A stretch of 64,000 nt of DNA from Pyrinomonadaceae bacterium. GTDB lineage: Bacteria > Acidobacteriota > Blastocatellia > Pyrinomonadales > Pyrinomonadaceae. The notes under the pieces were generated by a model. It saw only the letters and a list, made by a program, of their open reading frames with translations. It had not been told where the DNA came from and did no database searches. The stretch spans positions 20,101 to 84,100 of the forward strand of contig JAWKHO010000014.1 of the NCBI GenBank assembly GCA_041394785.1, written 5' to 3'. The translations under genes were made by a program, and so were the position numbers. Shown here one piece after another: positions 1 through 10,027 of the stretch. Position 1 is the stretch's first letter. Each line of letters begins with the position of its first letter.

Positions 1-1636
1 GTATGCACTGATCATTTCCGGGCATTCGATGGGTTTTCAGGATATCGGAATGTTCAAAGACGAATCTTCAAACCACACACTGAGCATGGAAAAAATGAAC
101 TGGCTGCTCGAGCGAATCACAAAGACCGAGGCTGAACTGATCGAAGACTCAAAAGACGAACATCGCCGGGACGATTCGTACGAACGGGCAACGACCGAGA
201 TCCTTGGTCAAAAGCTTGATATTCTGGGTTTTGACAGCTGTGTTATGGGAATGCTCGAGGTCGGTTATCAGTTTAGCAATGTGGCAAAAACGATGGTCGC
301 CTCAGAAGGCAGCGTGCCGAGTGCCGGATGGACATACGCGAAGATCCTCGGCAATCTCGCCTGCCACGCGCGGGGTTTGCATATCAATGAAGTGACGGCA
401 AACTTTGTCAGCGAATTTGTCAGAAGCCAGGATTCGTATACTATCGGCGGCGTCGCGGTTGACATGGCAGCATGGGATCTCAGCGAACTCGAAAGCCTGA
501 ACGAGGAGTTTAAGAATTTGGCGGATAAGCTTCTCGAGTGCTTTGAAAACAAAGGAAGCACATTATACCGCCAGATGGAAAGAGTGCTGCTTCAGGTACA
601 TTGGAAGTGTCAGTCTTATATGCTTGAGCAAAACGTAGATCTTGGTGACTTTTGCAGTCTTTTAAAGGATGAATGCGCTTCACTAATGAAAGAGATCGGA
701 GGAGAATCGACACAGATCCTTGAAGATATCGAACGCCATTGCGAAGGCGTTCTCAGAGAACTAGCTAAGGCCGTGATCCTAAGCGGATTCAGCGGCGGAA
801 AATATCAGTATTCAAACGGAATTTCGATATTTTTTCCATGGTCGTTTGCTGCGTATGATGTTTCGCGCGAAAACTATGAAACTCTCGAGTTTGTCGAAAG
901 AACGGATGCGGGAAAAAGCTGGAACCGCTTCTTAGACAAATATCTCAGTGAAGTTACTTATCGTGAGGCGCTGAAACCGACAGCAACGGGAGACGAACCG
1001 GCTCCGATAATACTCGAAGCCGTTTCTCCGATCGGGCATTCGGAAACAGACAAAAAACTTCGCTATTACTCGTACGAGTATCAGGATAACGTTTACGAAG
1101 ATTCTATGGCATTTTTCGGCGGCGAATCCGCACATGCGGCGAAGATGGGGGGCCGTGAAGGAACCAAAATGGGAGGCCGCGAGGGAACCAAGATGGGCGG
1201 CCGCGAAGGCACCAAAATGGGCGGCCGCGAAGGAACCAAAATGGGCGGTCGTGAAGGTACCAAAATGGGGGGCCGCGAGGGAACTAAGATGGGGGGCCGT
1301 GAAGGAACCAAGATGGGCGGCCGCGAAGGTACCAAAATGGGAGGTCGTGAAGGCACCAAGATGGGTGGCCGCGAAGGCACCAAAATGGGGGGTCGTGAAG
1401 GTACCAAGATGGGCGGCCGCGAAGGAACCAAAATGGGCGGTCGTGAAGGTACCATAATGGGCGGCCGCGAGGGTACAAAATTAGGCGGCGGAGGTGGTTC
1501 AAGCGCCTTTTTTGACAGCTTCGAGCTCTTTAAGAATATCGAGACGCCCTGGAATCTTTCGGGTTTTACAAAAAAACCGAAGCCGACGCATAAGGAGATA
1601 TATGACGATAATTCGTTGGGCAACACCTCGGCATGA
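1..1636 (+). CDS. Clostripain-like (MEROPS C11) cysteine peptidase, 5'-partial (open to the window edge), with a C-terminal 14x MGGREGTK repeat tail
   Basis: The frame is open from nt 2 (YALIISGHSMGFQ...). A His-context motif ISGHS and a Cys-context motif LGFDSCVMG...VASEGSVPSAGWTY resemble the C11 catalytic dyad regions. ORF track 29..1636. Confidence 0.65.
   Translation, partial: YALIISGHSMGFQDIGMFKDESSNHTLSMEKMNWLLERITKTEAELIEDSKDEHRRDDSYERATTEILGQKLDILGFDSCVMGMLEVGYQFSNVAKTMVASEGSVPSAGWTYAKILGNLACHARGLHINEVTANFVSEFVRSQDSYTIGGVAVDMAAWDLSELESLNEEFKNLADKLLECFENKGSTLYRQMERVLLQVHWKCQSYMLEQNVDLGDFCSLLKDECASLMKEIGGESTQILEDIERHCEGVLRELAKAVILSGFSGGKYQYSNGISIFFPWSFAAYDVSRENYETLEFVERTDAGKSWNRFLDKYLSEVTYREALKPTATGDEPAPIILEAVSPIGHSETDKKLRYYSYEYQDNVYEDSMAFFGGESAHAAKMGGREGTKMGGREGTKMGGREGTKMGGREGTKMGGREGTKMGGREGTKMGGREGTKMGGREGTKMGGREGTKMGGREGTKMGGREGTKMGGREGTKMGGREGTIMGGREGTKLGGGGGSSAFFDSFELFKNIETPWNLSGFTKKPKPTHKEIYDDNSLGNTSA
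1145..1480 (+). repeat. Tandem repeat, 14 copies of a 24-bp unit encoding MGGREGTK
   Basis: Copies start every 24 nt from 1145 to 1457. The peptide is identical in 13 of 14 copies (one K to I). The DNA copies differ at third codon positions. Confidence 0.95.
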
Positions 1637-1662
1637 TCGCAAATAATCTGCTCCGCGTTCTG

Positions 1663-1698
1663 ATGAGCGGCGAAGATTATTTCGCCGCTCATTTTTTA
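1663..1698 (+). terminator. Rho-independent terminator after the C11 peptidase gene
   Basis: A perfect 12-bp stem, atgagcggcgaa / ttcgccgctcat, has a 6-nt loop and is followed by ttttt. Confidence 0.75.
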
Positions 1699-1749
1699 AA
1701 ACAGTTGCAAAATGCTTAAAGGCGGGGAAAAAACAGACCGGAGATATAC

Positions 1750-3333
1750 ATGACGGACAACGACTTTATTGACATCGAACGTACTCTTTCAAGCCAGCTT
1801 GCCTCTTACGACTGGTCTTCCGTCGAAAAAACGTGTGCAGTTCTGACCGAAACAATCGACCGTAGTTCGAAGCCGTTTTCGCTGCAGCAATCAAGACGAA
1901 TACTTCACGAACTCCGCAGGAAACTTAGGTTTCAGCAAATGTCGGAGGTAGCCGAAGCGATTTTAAGGTCAGGTCAGGACGATGCCGTTATCATGAGGCA
2001 GTATGCGCAAAGTCTGATCGATCAGGGACTGCTGACGGCGGCGGACCGAATAGTTGCCGATATTTTGGATAACAACAAAACACCCGCACCCGAACGACTC
2101 GAAGCGCTGGGTTTGGCCGGACGCATCTATAAACAACAGTTTGTAAATCTCGCCGGAAGTAGTTTCGAAAAAAAGAAGGTTTTTTTGGAAAAGGCGATCG
2201 ATGGATATCTGTCGGGTTATGCAATTCAAAAAAACAGCTACTGGCATTCGATAAATTCTGTCGCACTGATCATGCGCGCAAAGCGCGACGGGATAGCAGT
2301 TTCCGATGCCGCGGATGCGGATCATCTTGCCGCTGAAACATTCGATTTGCTCGGGACGCTGATCAATGAATCGACCGAGCCGCCAAAACCTTGGGAATTG
2401 GCGACACTGATGGAAACACAGATCGCGCTCGGCAAATTTGACGACGCTTTTCAGTCGGCAGTCGATTATTCATCATCACCCGCCGCAGACGCTTTTGAAT
2501 TAAACGGCACGATCCGCCAGTTGGTCGAGATCTGGCAGTTGAACGATTCCGAGCCGCCCGGAGAAAAGATCCTTCCGGTTCTTCGCGCCGCACTCCTCGG
2601 ACGCGAAGGCGGTTCGCTGCTTCTGACAAAGAACGAAGCCGCTTCGAACAGTCTGAATCTTGAAAGCGCTTTTGGTGATAATGCACCGAAAACCATCAAG
2701 TGGTACAAAGAAGGGCTCGCGCGGACAAACTCGATCGCCCGGATCGAACTCACTGATGGAAAAGGGATCGGCACGGCCGGGCTTTTCAGCGGCAAAGATT
2801 TTTTTCCTGATCTTGACGGTATTCTCGCTGTGACAAATTCGCACGTTGTTAGCCAGGATCCGGCGGATTCGGGTCTTCCGCCAAACAAAGTGCGGGTGAA
2901 TATTCAGGGAATTGCCAAAGTTTTTGAAGTGGAAAAAGTGGTCTGGTCTTCGTCTCAGCGCGAACTCGACGTCAGTTTTCTCTCGCTCAAAGGTGTTCCG
3001 AAATCGCTGCCGCTTCCGGTCTCTTCTGCGCATGCAGAGATGTCGGATCCTGCTCCGCGGGTTTACGTGATGGGTCACCCCAACGGCAGAGATCTTGAGA
3101 TCTCGCTAAATGACAGCCGAATGGTCGGTTCAAACGAAAGATTTGTACATTACAGGACGCCGACCGAACCGGGAAGTTCGGGAAGTCCGGTTTTTGATCA
3201 GCACGGTTGGGAGGTTGTGGCGATCCACCACGGCGGAAGCGACACACTTCCGAGGATCGACGGCCCGGCGGGCACATACCAGGCAAACGAGGGGATCGCT
3301 GTTTCCGCAATAAAAGCCGCGATCGGCCGTTGA
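1750..3333 (+). CDS. Two-domain protease with an N-terminal helical TPR-like (DUF4071/TRAFs-binding-like) domain and a C-terminal trypsin-like serine peptidase
   Basis: The C-terminus carries TEPGSSGSPVF (GxSGxP serine motif) and AVTNSHV (His region). The N-terminus carries LAGRIYKQQF...YWHSINSVALI, which resembles the DUF4071 signature. Confidence 0.7.
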   Translation: MTDNDFIDIERTLSSQLASYDWSSVEKTCAVLTETIDRSSKPFSLQQSRRILHELRRKLRFQQMSEVAEAILRSGQDDAVIMRQYAQSLIDQGLLTAADRIVADILDNNKTPAPERLEALGLAGRIYKQQFVNLAGSSFEKKKVFLEKAIDGYLSGYAIQKNSYWHSINSVALIMRAKRDGIAVSDAADADHLAAETFDLLGTLINESTEPPKPWELATLMETQIALGKFDDAFQSAVDYSSSPAADAFELNGTIRQLVEIWQLNDSEPPGEKILPVLRAALLGREGGSLLLTKNEAASNSLNLESAFGDNAPKTIKWYKEGLARTNSIARIELTDGKGIGTAGLFSGKDFFPDLDGILAVTNSHVVSQDPADSGLPPNKVRVNIQGIAKVFEVEKVVWSSSQRELDVSFLSLKGVPKSLPLPVSSAHAEMSDPAPRVYVMGHPNGRDLEISLNDSRMVGSNERFVHYRTPTEPGSSGSPVFDQHGWEVVAIHHGGSDTLPRIDGPAGTYQANEGIAVSAIKAAIGR

Positions 3334-3370
3334 AATTCAGTACCGCTGCGTTACCGGCGGCGCAAATGGT

Positions 3371-3778
3371 TTATGCAGTTTCTGCTTTTTGATACGCGCG
3401 CTCTACTGCCGCATTATCAAAGAATTCGTGAAACCCGGTGATCCTTCCGTTTTCGATAGTGAAAATATGAACCCAGTCGCTTTCAAAAGTCCTGCCGGTC
3501 TCAATAACTCTTCCGGCCGAAAACCCAAGAACGACAACCTTGTTTCCTTCTGAGATAAATTCTCTCGGCTCAAATGCCGTAAACTCTTCCGAGGAGCTCA
3601 GCTTTCCGAAAAATTCACGCACTTTCGCGCTTCCGTTTATAACCGAGTCCATTTGGGAGCCTTTTACCTCCGGGGTCGTCCAGTTTATATCGTCGGCCAT
3701 CAAACCGATCAGGCCGTCGATATTCCCGCTTCCAAAATGTCCGTAAGCCTGTTTTACGATCTCTGCATTTTCGCTCAT
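3371..3778 (-). CDS. SnoaL-like / NTF2-fold protein
   Basis: MSENAEIVKQAYGHFGSGNIDGLIGLMADDINW is a typical SnoaL-like N-terminus. The ORF track extends to 3832, but the internal ATG at 3778 is preferred. Confidence 0.6.
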   Translation of the reverse strand: MSENAEIVKQAYGHFGSGNIDGLIGLMADDINWTTPEVKGSQMDSVINGSAKVREFFGKLSSSEEFTAFEPREFISEGNKVVVLGFSAGRVIETGRTFESDWVHIFTIENGRITGFHEFFDNAAVERAYQKAETA

Positions 3779-3912
3779 TTTTTCTTTTCTCCTTTGGCGC
3801 AAAAAATTACGCCGATTCTCCGAATTGACCAATACTAAACTTCTTAAGTTCGATGAACACAGTATAGACCTTTTTCAGAAAAACCGGACGTAAATTTTCG
3901 GAAAGAATGCAG

Positions 3913-4530
3913 CTAAAGCTCGGTCGGCTTATCCGAGTGCGGAATAAAACATTCGCGGCAGCGTGCTTCATATTTTCCGGTGGCGCCTACTTCGACGCGT
4001 TCGGCGGATTCAAACGTCCGTTGCGAATAGTTTGCGGTGTTTCCGCATTTTACACAGATCGCATGCGTTTTGGTGATAAACTCGGCGATCGATAAAAGCT
4101 GCGGCATCGGTTCGAATGGCTTTCCCATATAGTCCTGATCAAGACCGGCGATGATCACGCGTTTTCCGCTGTTTGCCAGATCATTAACGGCTTCAACAAC
4201 TTCCATATCAAAAAACTGTCCTTCGTCGATACCGACAACCTCGGTTTCTTCGTGGATCTGAGCAAGCAGTTCTTTTGCCGTCATCACGGGTTTTGAAATA
4301 TGCGTCATTCCGGAATGCGACGCGATCTCTTCTATCGAATAGCGGTCGTCGATCTTCGGCTTAAACACCTGCACCTTCTGCCGCGCGATCTTTGCGCGGT
4401 TCAGACGCCGGATCAATTCTTCACTCTTACCCGAAAACATCGAGCCGACAATTACCTCGATCCAGCCCTTGCTTCCGAGCCTGTTTTTACGGCGCTCCTC
4501 AGTGTTGTCGAACGCGAATTCATCAATCAT
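3913..4530 (-). CDS. tdk: Thymidine kinase
   Basis: P-loop [15 protein letters not shown]-terminal Cys cluster CxxC...CRxC, and about 200 aa. Confidence 0.9.
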   Translation of the reverse strand: MIDEFAFDNTEERRKNRLGSKGWIEVIVGSMFSGKSEELIRRLNRAKIARQKVQVFKPKIDDRYSIEEIASHSGMTHISKPVMTAKELLAQIHEETEVVGIDEGQFFDMEVVEAVNDLANSGKRVIIAGLDQDYMGKPFEPMPQLLSIAEFITKTHAICVKCGNTANYSQRTFESAERVEVGATGKYEARCRECFIPHSDKPTEL

Positions 4531-4682
4531 TTTGGCTTAAAAAAGTCCCTGTTTGTATTTTGAGAACGCTAAGATTATCACAAAAACAAAGGAAGGAAAA
4601 ACAATGTCCTGAAGACGCAGGATCGATACGATCTCTGGCCGCGAAAGCAATTTGGAGAGAGGTTCTGATGCAGATTCAGGCT

Positions 4683-6236
4683 CTAATTTTCGACAAGGAT
4701 CGAAACAGCCCGGTCGATAACTGCGGTGCTGTTTCCCGTGCGCGTGAGATCGTTTCCGATCATCACGAACGCATAGGTTTCACCATTACCGCGCGCGAAA
4801 CCGGCGAGTGAATTTACATAGGTGATCGAACCGGTTTTCGCCAGTATCTTTCCGGAGGTGCTTTTCAGCCGCCCGCGCAGCGTACCGTCGATCCCGGCAA
4901 CCGGCAGCGAGTTTTCAAAAATATCGGCAAATTCACTTCCTGCCGCAAATACGATCGCACGCCCGATCGCCTCCGGGGTCACAAAATCGAGGCGTGATAA
5001 TCCCGAACCGTCGTGTATCGCGATCTGGTCGCTCGCAATATTATGATCTTTGAGCCATTTGGTGATTACATCGGCGCCGGCAAGATCATCGCCGCGGAGT
5101 TTCTGCACCCGCGCATCTGCATCGGGAGCTTCTTCGCCAAACCGTTTTCCGAGTTCACGAAGTATAAGTTCGGCATAAAGATTTACCGAGTCTTTATTCA
5201 TTTTCCTGACGGTTGCAGAAAGCGGTTCGCTTTCGGCCGCAGCTAATTCGACTGAATTCACGGTGTCCGTTTGAATTCGCGACTTCCAGTCACGCGTTTT
5301 CACAGTTCCTGAGATCCGAATGCCGTTCTTCTCGAGCAATTCCCTAAATATCTTTGCGGACAATAGCGCAGGGTCATTTATAGCGATCCGCGCCAGCAGA
5401 TCTTTTCCGTTTCCCCATACATAGACTTTGTTTGTGCCGAGTTCGCGCTTTACACCGATCGCTTCGATATCTTCGATCGGCTTTACCTCGCCGGAAAGTT
5501 CGACATATTTTGCGTCCGACTTTGGCTTGCCGTCTTCTAACGTCACGGTCATCTGGTTGCGGTTGATCGAAAGAGCGGAAGCAGCCGCGCCGTAATACCA
5601 CTGCGTTGAATTCCAGGTCCATCCGTCTCCGAGTTTGTCGCCCTTAAAATAGCTTTCGTCACCGATGACGTCGCCTTTTATTTCTTTCAGACCTTTTTGT
5701 TTTAGTTCTCTTACCAGTTTGAGAAGCGATTGGTCGTTGAAGTCCGGCGCACCGCGTCCGTAAAGGACAATATCGCCGTCGGCGACCCCGTCTTTGAGCG
5801 CTGTTTGCGTATAAACGGAGGTTTTGATCCGTGCTTCTCCGCCGATCTTGTCGAGCGCGACGACGGAGGTCAGAAGTTTTTGAAGCGAAGCGGGGTTAAA
5901 TAGTTTCTGTGTCTCCCTTCCGCAAACAACGCGGCCGTTATTCAAGCCGATAACGATAACGCCCCACCGCGCTTTTGAAAATTCACTTTGCTCCAGATTC
6001 TGATTGATCTCACCGCAGAGCGCGACATCCTCCGGCGCTTTTGAGATCTCGAGCGGTTTTGCGAGATCTATCTTCGGCGCCGGAATCTCGATCGGCGGTT
6101 TTTCGGTTTCCGGATTTTGATTTGAAGAGATATTTTGCGTCGGACACGCGGAAAGAAAAAACATTGCCGGCAGGAGTGCGAAAAACAGTTTTGCGAAATG
6201 TAAACGGCAAATAGTTCTGCGCAATAGATCTGTCAT
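4683..6236 (-). CDS. dacB: D-alanyl-D-alanine carboxypeptidase/endopeptidase (PBP4, peptidase S13), lipoprotein-type signal
   Basis: SxxK (ASLQK), DGSGLSR and KTGS motifs. The N-terminus FFLSAC resembles a lipobox. Confidence 0.85.
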   Translation of the reverse strand: MTDLLRRTICRLHFAKLFFALLPAMFFLSACPTQNISSNQNPETEKPPIEIPAPKIDLAKPLEISKAPEDVALCGEINQNLEQSEFSKARWGVIVIGLNNGRVVCGRETQKLFNPASLQKLLTSVVALDKIGGEARIKTSVYTQTALKDGVADGDIVLYGRGAPDFNDQSLLKLVRELKQKGLKEIKGDVIGDESYFKGDKLGDGWTWNSTQWYYGAAASALSINRNQMTVTLEDGKPKSDAKYVELSGEVKPIEDIEAIGVKRELGTNKVYVWGNGKDLLARIAINDPALLSAKIFRELLEKNGIRISGTVKTRDWKSRIQTDTVNSVELAAAESEPLSATVRKMNKDSVNLYAELILRELGKRFGEEAPDADARVQKLRGDDLAGADVITKWLKDHNIASDQIAIHDGSGLSRLDFVTPEAIGRAIVFAAGSEFADIFENSLPVAGIDGTLRGRLKSTSGKILAKTGSITYVNSLAGFARGNGETYAFVMIGNDLTRTGNSTAVIDRAVSILVEN

Positions 6237-6250
6237 TTTCTTTAGATTAG

Positions 6251-7846
6251 TCAGGCGATGCGAAGGTCGTTTCCGGTCATCTCAAACGGTTTTTCGATCC
6301 CGAGAATTCCGAGGATCGTCGGCGCGACATCTTCGAGCGCACCATCGGCGCGAAGTTTCAGACCGTTAAGATCATTAGCGACAAAATGAAAAGGAACGGG
6401 GTTTGAGGTATCCGAACGGGAATTTCCGTTTGTCATCTCTTCGCAGTTTCCGTGATCGGAAGTGATCAGCGCCACGCCGTCAACTTCATGGATCTTTTGC
6501 ACGATCTCGCCAAGGCATTTATCAACGGATTGAACCGCTTCGATGGTTTTATCAAGATCGCCGGTATGCGCGATCATATCGGCGGCGGCAAGATTGACGA
6601 CAAAAACATCGTCTTCTCCGGCCTCGAGGCTGCTGAGTAGTTTATCTGTTACGGTAAAACAAGCGGGCGGATGATTCTTACCGTTTGAGCCGTTTGCGGA
6701 TGGAACCAAAATACGCTTTTCACCGGGATGTTCAATTTCGCGCCCGCCGTTGAAGAAGTAAGTCACGTGCTGATACTTCTCGGTTTCGGCGAGCCGGCAG
6801 TTTGCCACGCCGTGATGGGCAAAGATCTCAGCCAGCACATTTATCTCGGGTTCAGATTTGAACGCTGCGGGGATTTTGAATTTTTTGTCGTATTCCGTCA
6901 TGCAAACCAGATCGAGATCGGGTTTCTGAGCAGCGCTGCCTTCTTTTTCGAACATCATCGACCGGACGAGCTGTCGCAAACCGTCGCCGCGATGATTGAA
7001 AAAGATCACCGAATCACCGTTTTTTATCGACACCACCGGTACACCCGCTTCTTTCTCTATCACTACCGGCGCGATCGATGCGTCCGAATTTCCGCGCAGA
7101 TATGAACCGCGGATCGCGGCAACCGGATCATACGTGCGTTCGCCTTCCGAATGAACGATCATTGTAAAAGCACGCGCCGTACGGTCCCAGTTTCCGCCGC
7201 TGTCCATCGCGTAATTCCGTCCGCAGAGACTCGCGATCTTGCCGCATCCGATCTCTGCCATTTTTATTTGGAGCGCTTCGATATAGACATCGGCGGTGTG
7301 ATCCAGAACGTCCTGCCCGTCAAGGATCGCGTGGATAAATACGCGGTCTCCGCATCCTTCCCTTTTTGCCATCCGCAAAAGTGCAAAAAGCGAATCAAGC
7401 GAAGAGTGAACATCGCCGTCGGATATCAGACCGACCAGATGCACGGAAGACTTCCTGTTTCTGGTTTTTGTAAAAGTATTCTTTAAGATCGCATTTTCAA
7501 AGAATTTGCCGGAATTGATCGCTTCGAGAATTCTTTTCCGGCCGCATTTAACGGCGCGACCCATTCCCAGATTGAGATATCCGGTCTCGGAATTTCCCGG
7601 CGATTCCGGAAGGAGGCCGACCCGTGAGCCCGAAGCGGCAAGAAGCGTCTTTGGGTAACGTGCGCAAATGTTGTCGTAATTCGGAGTCTTCGCAAGCGCG
7701 ATCGCATTCCCGGTTGTCTTATTTGAATGCCCCCAGCCGTCAAGGATGACCAGCGCAAGCGGTCGCTTCCGCCCGGCGGCGGATCTTGAACCAAACCCAA
7801 AACTCCAGTTTCCAAGTTTTACGGTGACCATGGCAATTGAGATCAA
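6251..7846 (-). CDS. gpmI: 2,3-bisphosphoglycerate-independent phosphoglycerate mutase
   Basis: LVILDGWGHS near the N-terminus, ITSDHGN near the C-terminus, about 520 aa. The true start may be an internal Met (about 7831). Confidence 0.9.
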   Translation of the reverse strand: MISIAMVTVKLGNWSFGFGSRSAAGRKRPLALVILDGWGHSNKTTGNAIALAKTPNYDNICARYPKTLLAASGSRVGLLPESPGNSETGYLNLGMGRAVKCGRKRILEAINSGKFFENAILKNTFTKTRNRKSSVHLVGLISDGDVHSSLDSLFALLRMAKREGCGDRVFIHAILDGQDVLDHTADVYIEALQIKMAEIGCGKIASLCGRNYAMDSGGNWDRTARAFTMIVHSEGERTYDPVAAIRGSYLRGNSDASIAPVVIEKEAGVPVVSIKNGDSVIFFNHRGDGLRQLVRSMMFEKEGSAAQKPDLDLVCMTEYDKKFKIPAAFKSEPEINVLAEIFAHHGVANCRLAETEKYQHVTYFFNGGREIEHPGEKRILVPSANGSNGKNHPPACFTVTDKLLSSLEAGEDDVFVVNLAAADMIAHTGDLDKTIEAVQSVDKCLGEIVQKIHEVDGVALITSDHGNCEEMTNGNSRSDTSNPVPFHFVANDLNGLKLRADGALEDVAPTILGILGIEKPFEMTGNDLRIA

Positions 7847-8031
7847 TTAGGGAGAATAAACCTGACAGCGCGACAAAAAGTGCTTTGATAATAACATTTA
7901 AATTGTGACTATTTTAAACAATTTGGAATTGTAATATGTAGATCGGAATCGCATAAATAACACTGTTAATCTCGGGAGGGCTAAATCAGCAGTTGATTCT
8001 GAGAACGACAATAGAGAGCGGGAACGCAAAC

Positions 8032-9066
8032 CTATCTCCCCGCCTGCGCCTGAACGGCCGTGATCGCTACTGCATTTACAATGTCTTCCGCTTTGCAGCC
8101 GCGCGAGAGGTCGTTGCAGGGTTTATCGAGTCCCTGAAGGATCGGTCCGATGGCGGTTCCTCCGGTGAGCCGTTCGGTGAGTTTGTATGCGATATTTCCT
8201 GCATCAAGATCCGGAAAGATCAGGACATTTGCCTGCCCGGCAACGGGAGAACCTTCGGCTTTTGACCTGGCGACTGCGGGAACGAGAGCCGCGTCAGCCT
8301 GCAGTTCACCGTCGACTTCGAGTTCGGGCATACGCACTTTTATCGTTTTTGTCGCTTCGATCACCTTCTCGGCAAACGGATGTTTCGCACTTCCTTTTGT
8401 CGAAAATGAGAGCATCGCAACTTTTGGCTCGGTGCCGATCAGTGCGCGGCATGAATCAGCCGAGGCGATCGCGATTTCGGCGAGCTGGGTGACATCGGGA
8501 TCGATCACCACACCGCAATCGGCATATATCATTGCTCCCTGATGTCCGAATTTCTTATCGGGAACGACCATCAGAAAAAAAGACGAAACGGTTTTAAAAC
8601 CTTCACGCGGGCCGACGCAGTGGAGCGCAGCGCGGACAACGTTTGCCGTAGAATTGACAGCCCCTGCCACCGAACCATCCGCCTCGCCAAGCCGGACAAG
8701 CAGGTTTCCGTAATAAAGCGGGTCTTTAACCACGCTTTCGGCTTCTTCAAGCGTCACGCCTTTTGCGCGGCGGAGTTCGTGATAAAGCCGCGCCATCTTT
8801 CCAAAATCACGCTCGGCGCGGTGATCGATGATGTTTACTCCGTTAAGATTTGTTCCGGTCTTTTGCGCATTTTCACGGATCACATTATCTCTTCCGAGAA
8901 GCGTAACTTTGGCGATCCTTTCGCGCACACAGATCTCTGCTGCCTGAAGCGTGCGGAGTTCTTCGCCTTCGGGCAAAATTATGTGCCGCTCGTCTGAAGC
9001 GGCTCTTTCTCTGATAGTTTTGAGGATCATATTTTCATTTGCCAATCGGTATTTATCATCTATCAT
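8032..9066 (-). CDS. pta: Phosphate acetyltransferase (PTA_PTB family, short form)
   Basis: [14 protein letters not shown] near the N-terminus, the glycine-rich segment ...[13 protein letters not shown]..., about 340 aa. Confidence 0.8.
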   Translation of the reverse strand: MIDDKYRLANENMILKTIRERAASDERHIILPEGEELRTLQAAEICVRERIAKVTLLGRDNVIRENAQKTGTNLNGVNIIDHRAERDFGKMARLYHELRRAKGVTLEEAESVVKDPLYYGNLLVRLGEADGSVAGAVNSTANVVRAALHCVGPREGFKTVSSFFLMVVPDKKFGHQGAMIYADCGVVIDPDVTQLAEIAIASADSCRALIGTEPKVAMLSFSTKGSAKHPFAEKVIEATKTIKVRMPELEVDGELQADAALVPAVARSKAEGSPVAGQANVLIFPDLDAGNIAYKLTERLTGGTAIGPILQGLDKPCNDLSRGCKAEDIVNAVAITAVQAQAGR

Positions 9067-9146
9067 AAGACAAACAAACTTAACCTGCTCACATCACAGG
9101 AAAGCTTGATCATCCGCGCGGTTTTATTCGAGATAAAACGTGCTTA

Positions 9147-9719
9147 ATGATAAATGATAACGGCAAAATGCCGAAAAGGAGAAACCGGAAAATGGCTAAG
9201 AAAGCTATTCAAAAACGAAAGAAGACCTTGCCGAAAAAATTCGCGAAAGGAAGAATGAAGAATTTTTTGATGTTTATGCCGAATATGGTCCGGTTGTGCG
9301 GAAACCTTTTGATCGACAACCGTGTGCCGATCGCTGAAAAAGCGCTTTTTGCCGCGGCCGTCGTTTATGCCATTTCTCCGATCGATCTTATTCCGGACGT
9401 TTTTCCATTTATCGGACAGGTTGACGATCTTTATCTGATCGCTCTGACGCTGCTCAGACTTCTTAATTATTCGGACGAAAACGTCGTTCGCCAGCACTGG
9501 AAAGGCGGCGGCGATATAATCGCTCTGACATCCTCGATCGCTAAAATGGCGCCGATGCTTCTGCCTCAGAGAGTTTCGCGGGTGCTTTCATCAAAAGTAA
9601 AACTCAGCTCGGCCGGCGAAATAATGGATGCTGTTAAGAAAAAGGAAAAGATCGTTATCGCATCGCCCGGAAATGAGGAAACTGTAAAGGTGGATTCGAA
9701 GTCTGAAATGAACAATTAG
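9147..9719 (+). CDS. DUF1232 (YkvA-like) membrane protein
   Basis: The motif ISPIDLIPDVFPFIGQVDDL is characteristic of DUF1232. Confidence 0.65.
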   Translation: MINDNGKMPKRRNRKMAKKAIQKRKKTLPKKFAKGRMKNFLMFMPNMVRLCGNLLIDNRVPIAEKALFAAAVVYAISPIDLIPDVFPFIGQVDDLYLIALTLLRLLNYSDENVVRQHWKGGGDIIALTSSIAKMAPMLLPQRVSRVLSSKVKLSSAGEIMDAVKKKEKIVIASPGNEETVKVDSKSEMNN

Positions 9720-9962
9720 ATTTTTCTAAACACAAAACAGTTCGGGTTTGTTTTGTAGATCGATCTCATTTCAATTCACGCCATCCATCGCAGATAAATC
9801 ACTCTTCTTACAACATGCCGCCCGATAAAAAGGACCAGATACAACTTCGGTGTATCTGTTACACTTTTTCACTTTTACACCTTTACACTTTTATACCTTC
9901 GTACCTGCGGCAGCTAAAACTTCCCGAAAAGCATTTCAAATTAACAAAAGCTTAAAGCCCTT

Positions 9963-9990
9963 TTGACAAAATCTTGTGATCAAATATGCT
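9963..9990 (+). promoter_or_regulatory. Candidate sigma70-type promoter for the SulP gene
   Basis: TTGACA, 16 nt, TATGCT, lying about 40 nt upstream of the ATG at 10028. Confidence 0.35.
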
Positions 9991-10027
9991 TGCATTATTG
10001 GAGTTGTAATTCTCTGCCGCTACGAAG

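Noticed and set aside
1145-1480. Possible CRISPR array (regular short repeats)
   Set aside because: The units are contiguous 24-mers with no spacers and lie inside a long ORF. The pyrimidine tract at 50709..50842 likewise has no repeat-spacer organisation. No cas genes are present in the window.
1093-1692. A minus-strand 199-aa ORF (PSRPPILV repeats), plus the plus-strand ORF 1134..1457 and the minus-strand ORF 1284..1502 over the 24-bp repeat
   Set aside because: All are alternative-frame or alternative-strand readings of the same tandem repeat. Only the MGGREGTK frame continues from a recognisable peptidase domain and ends at a strong terminator.
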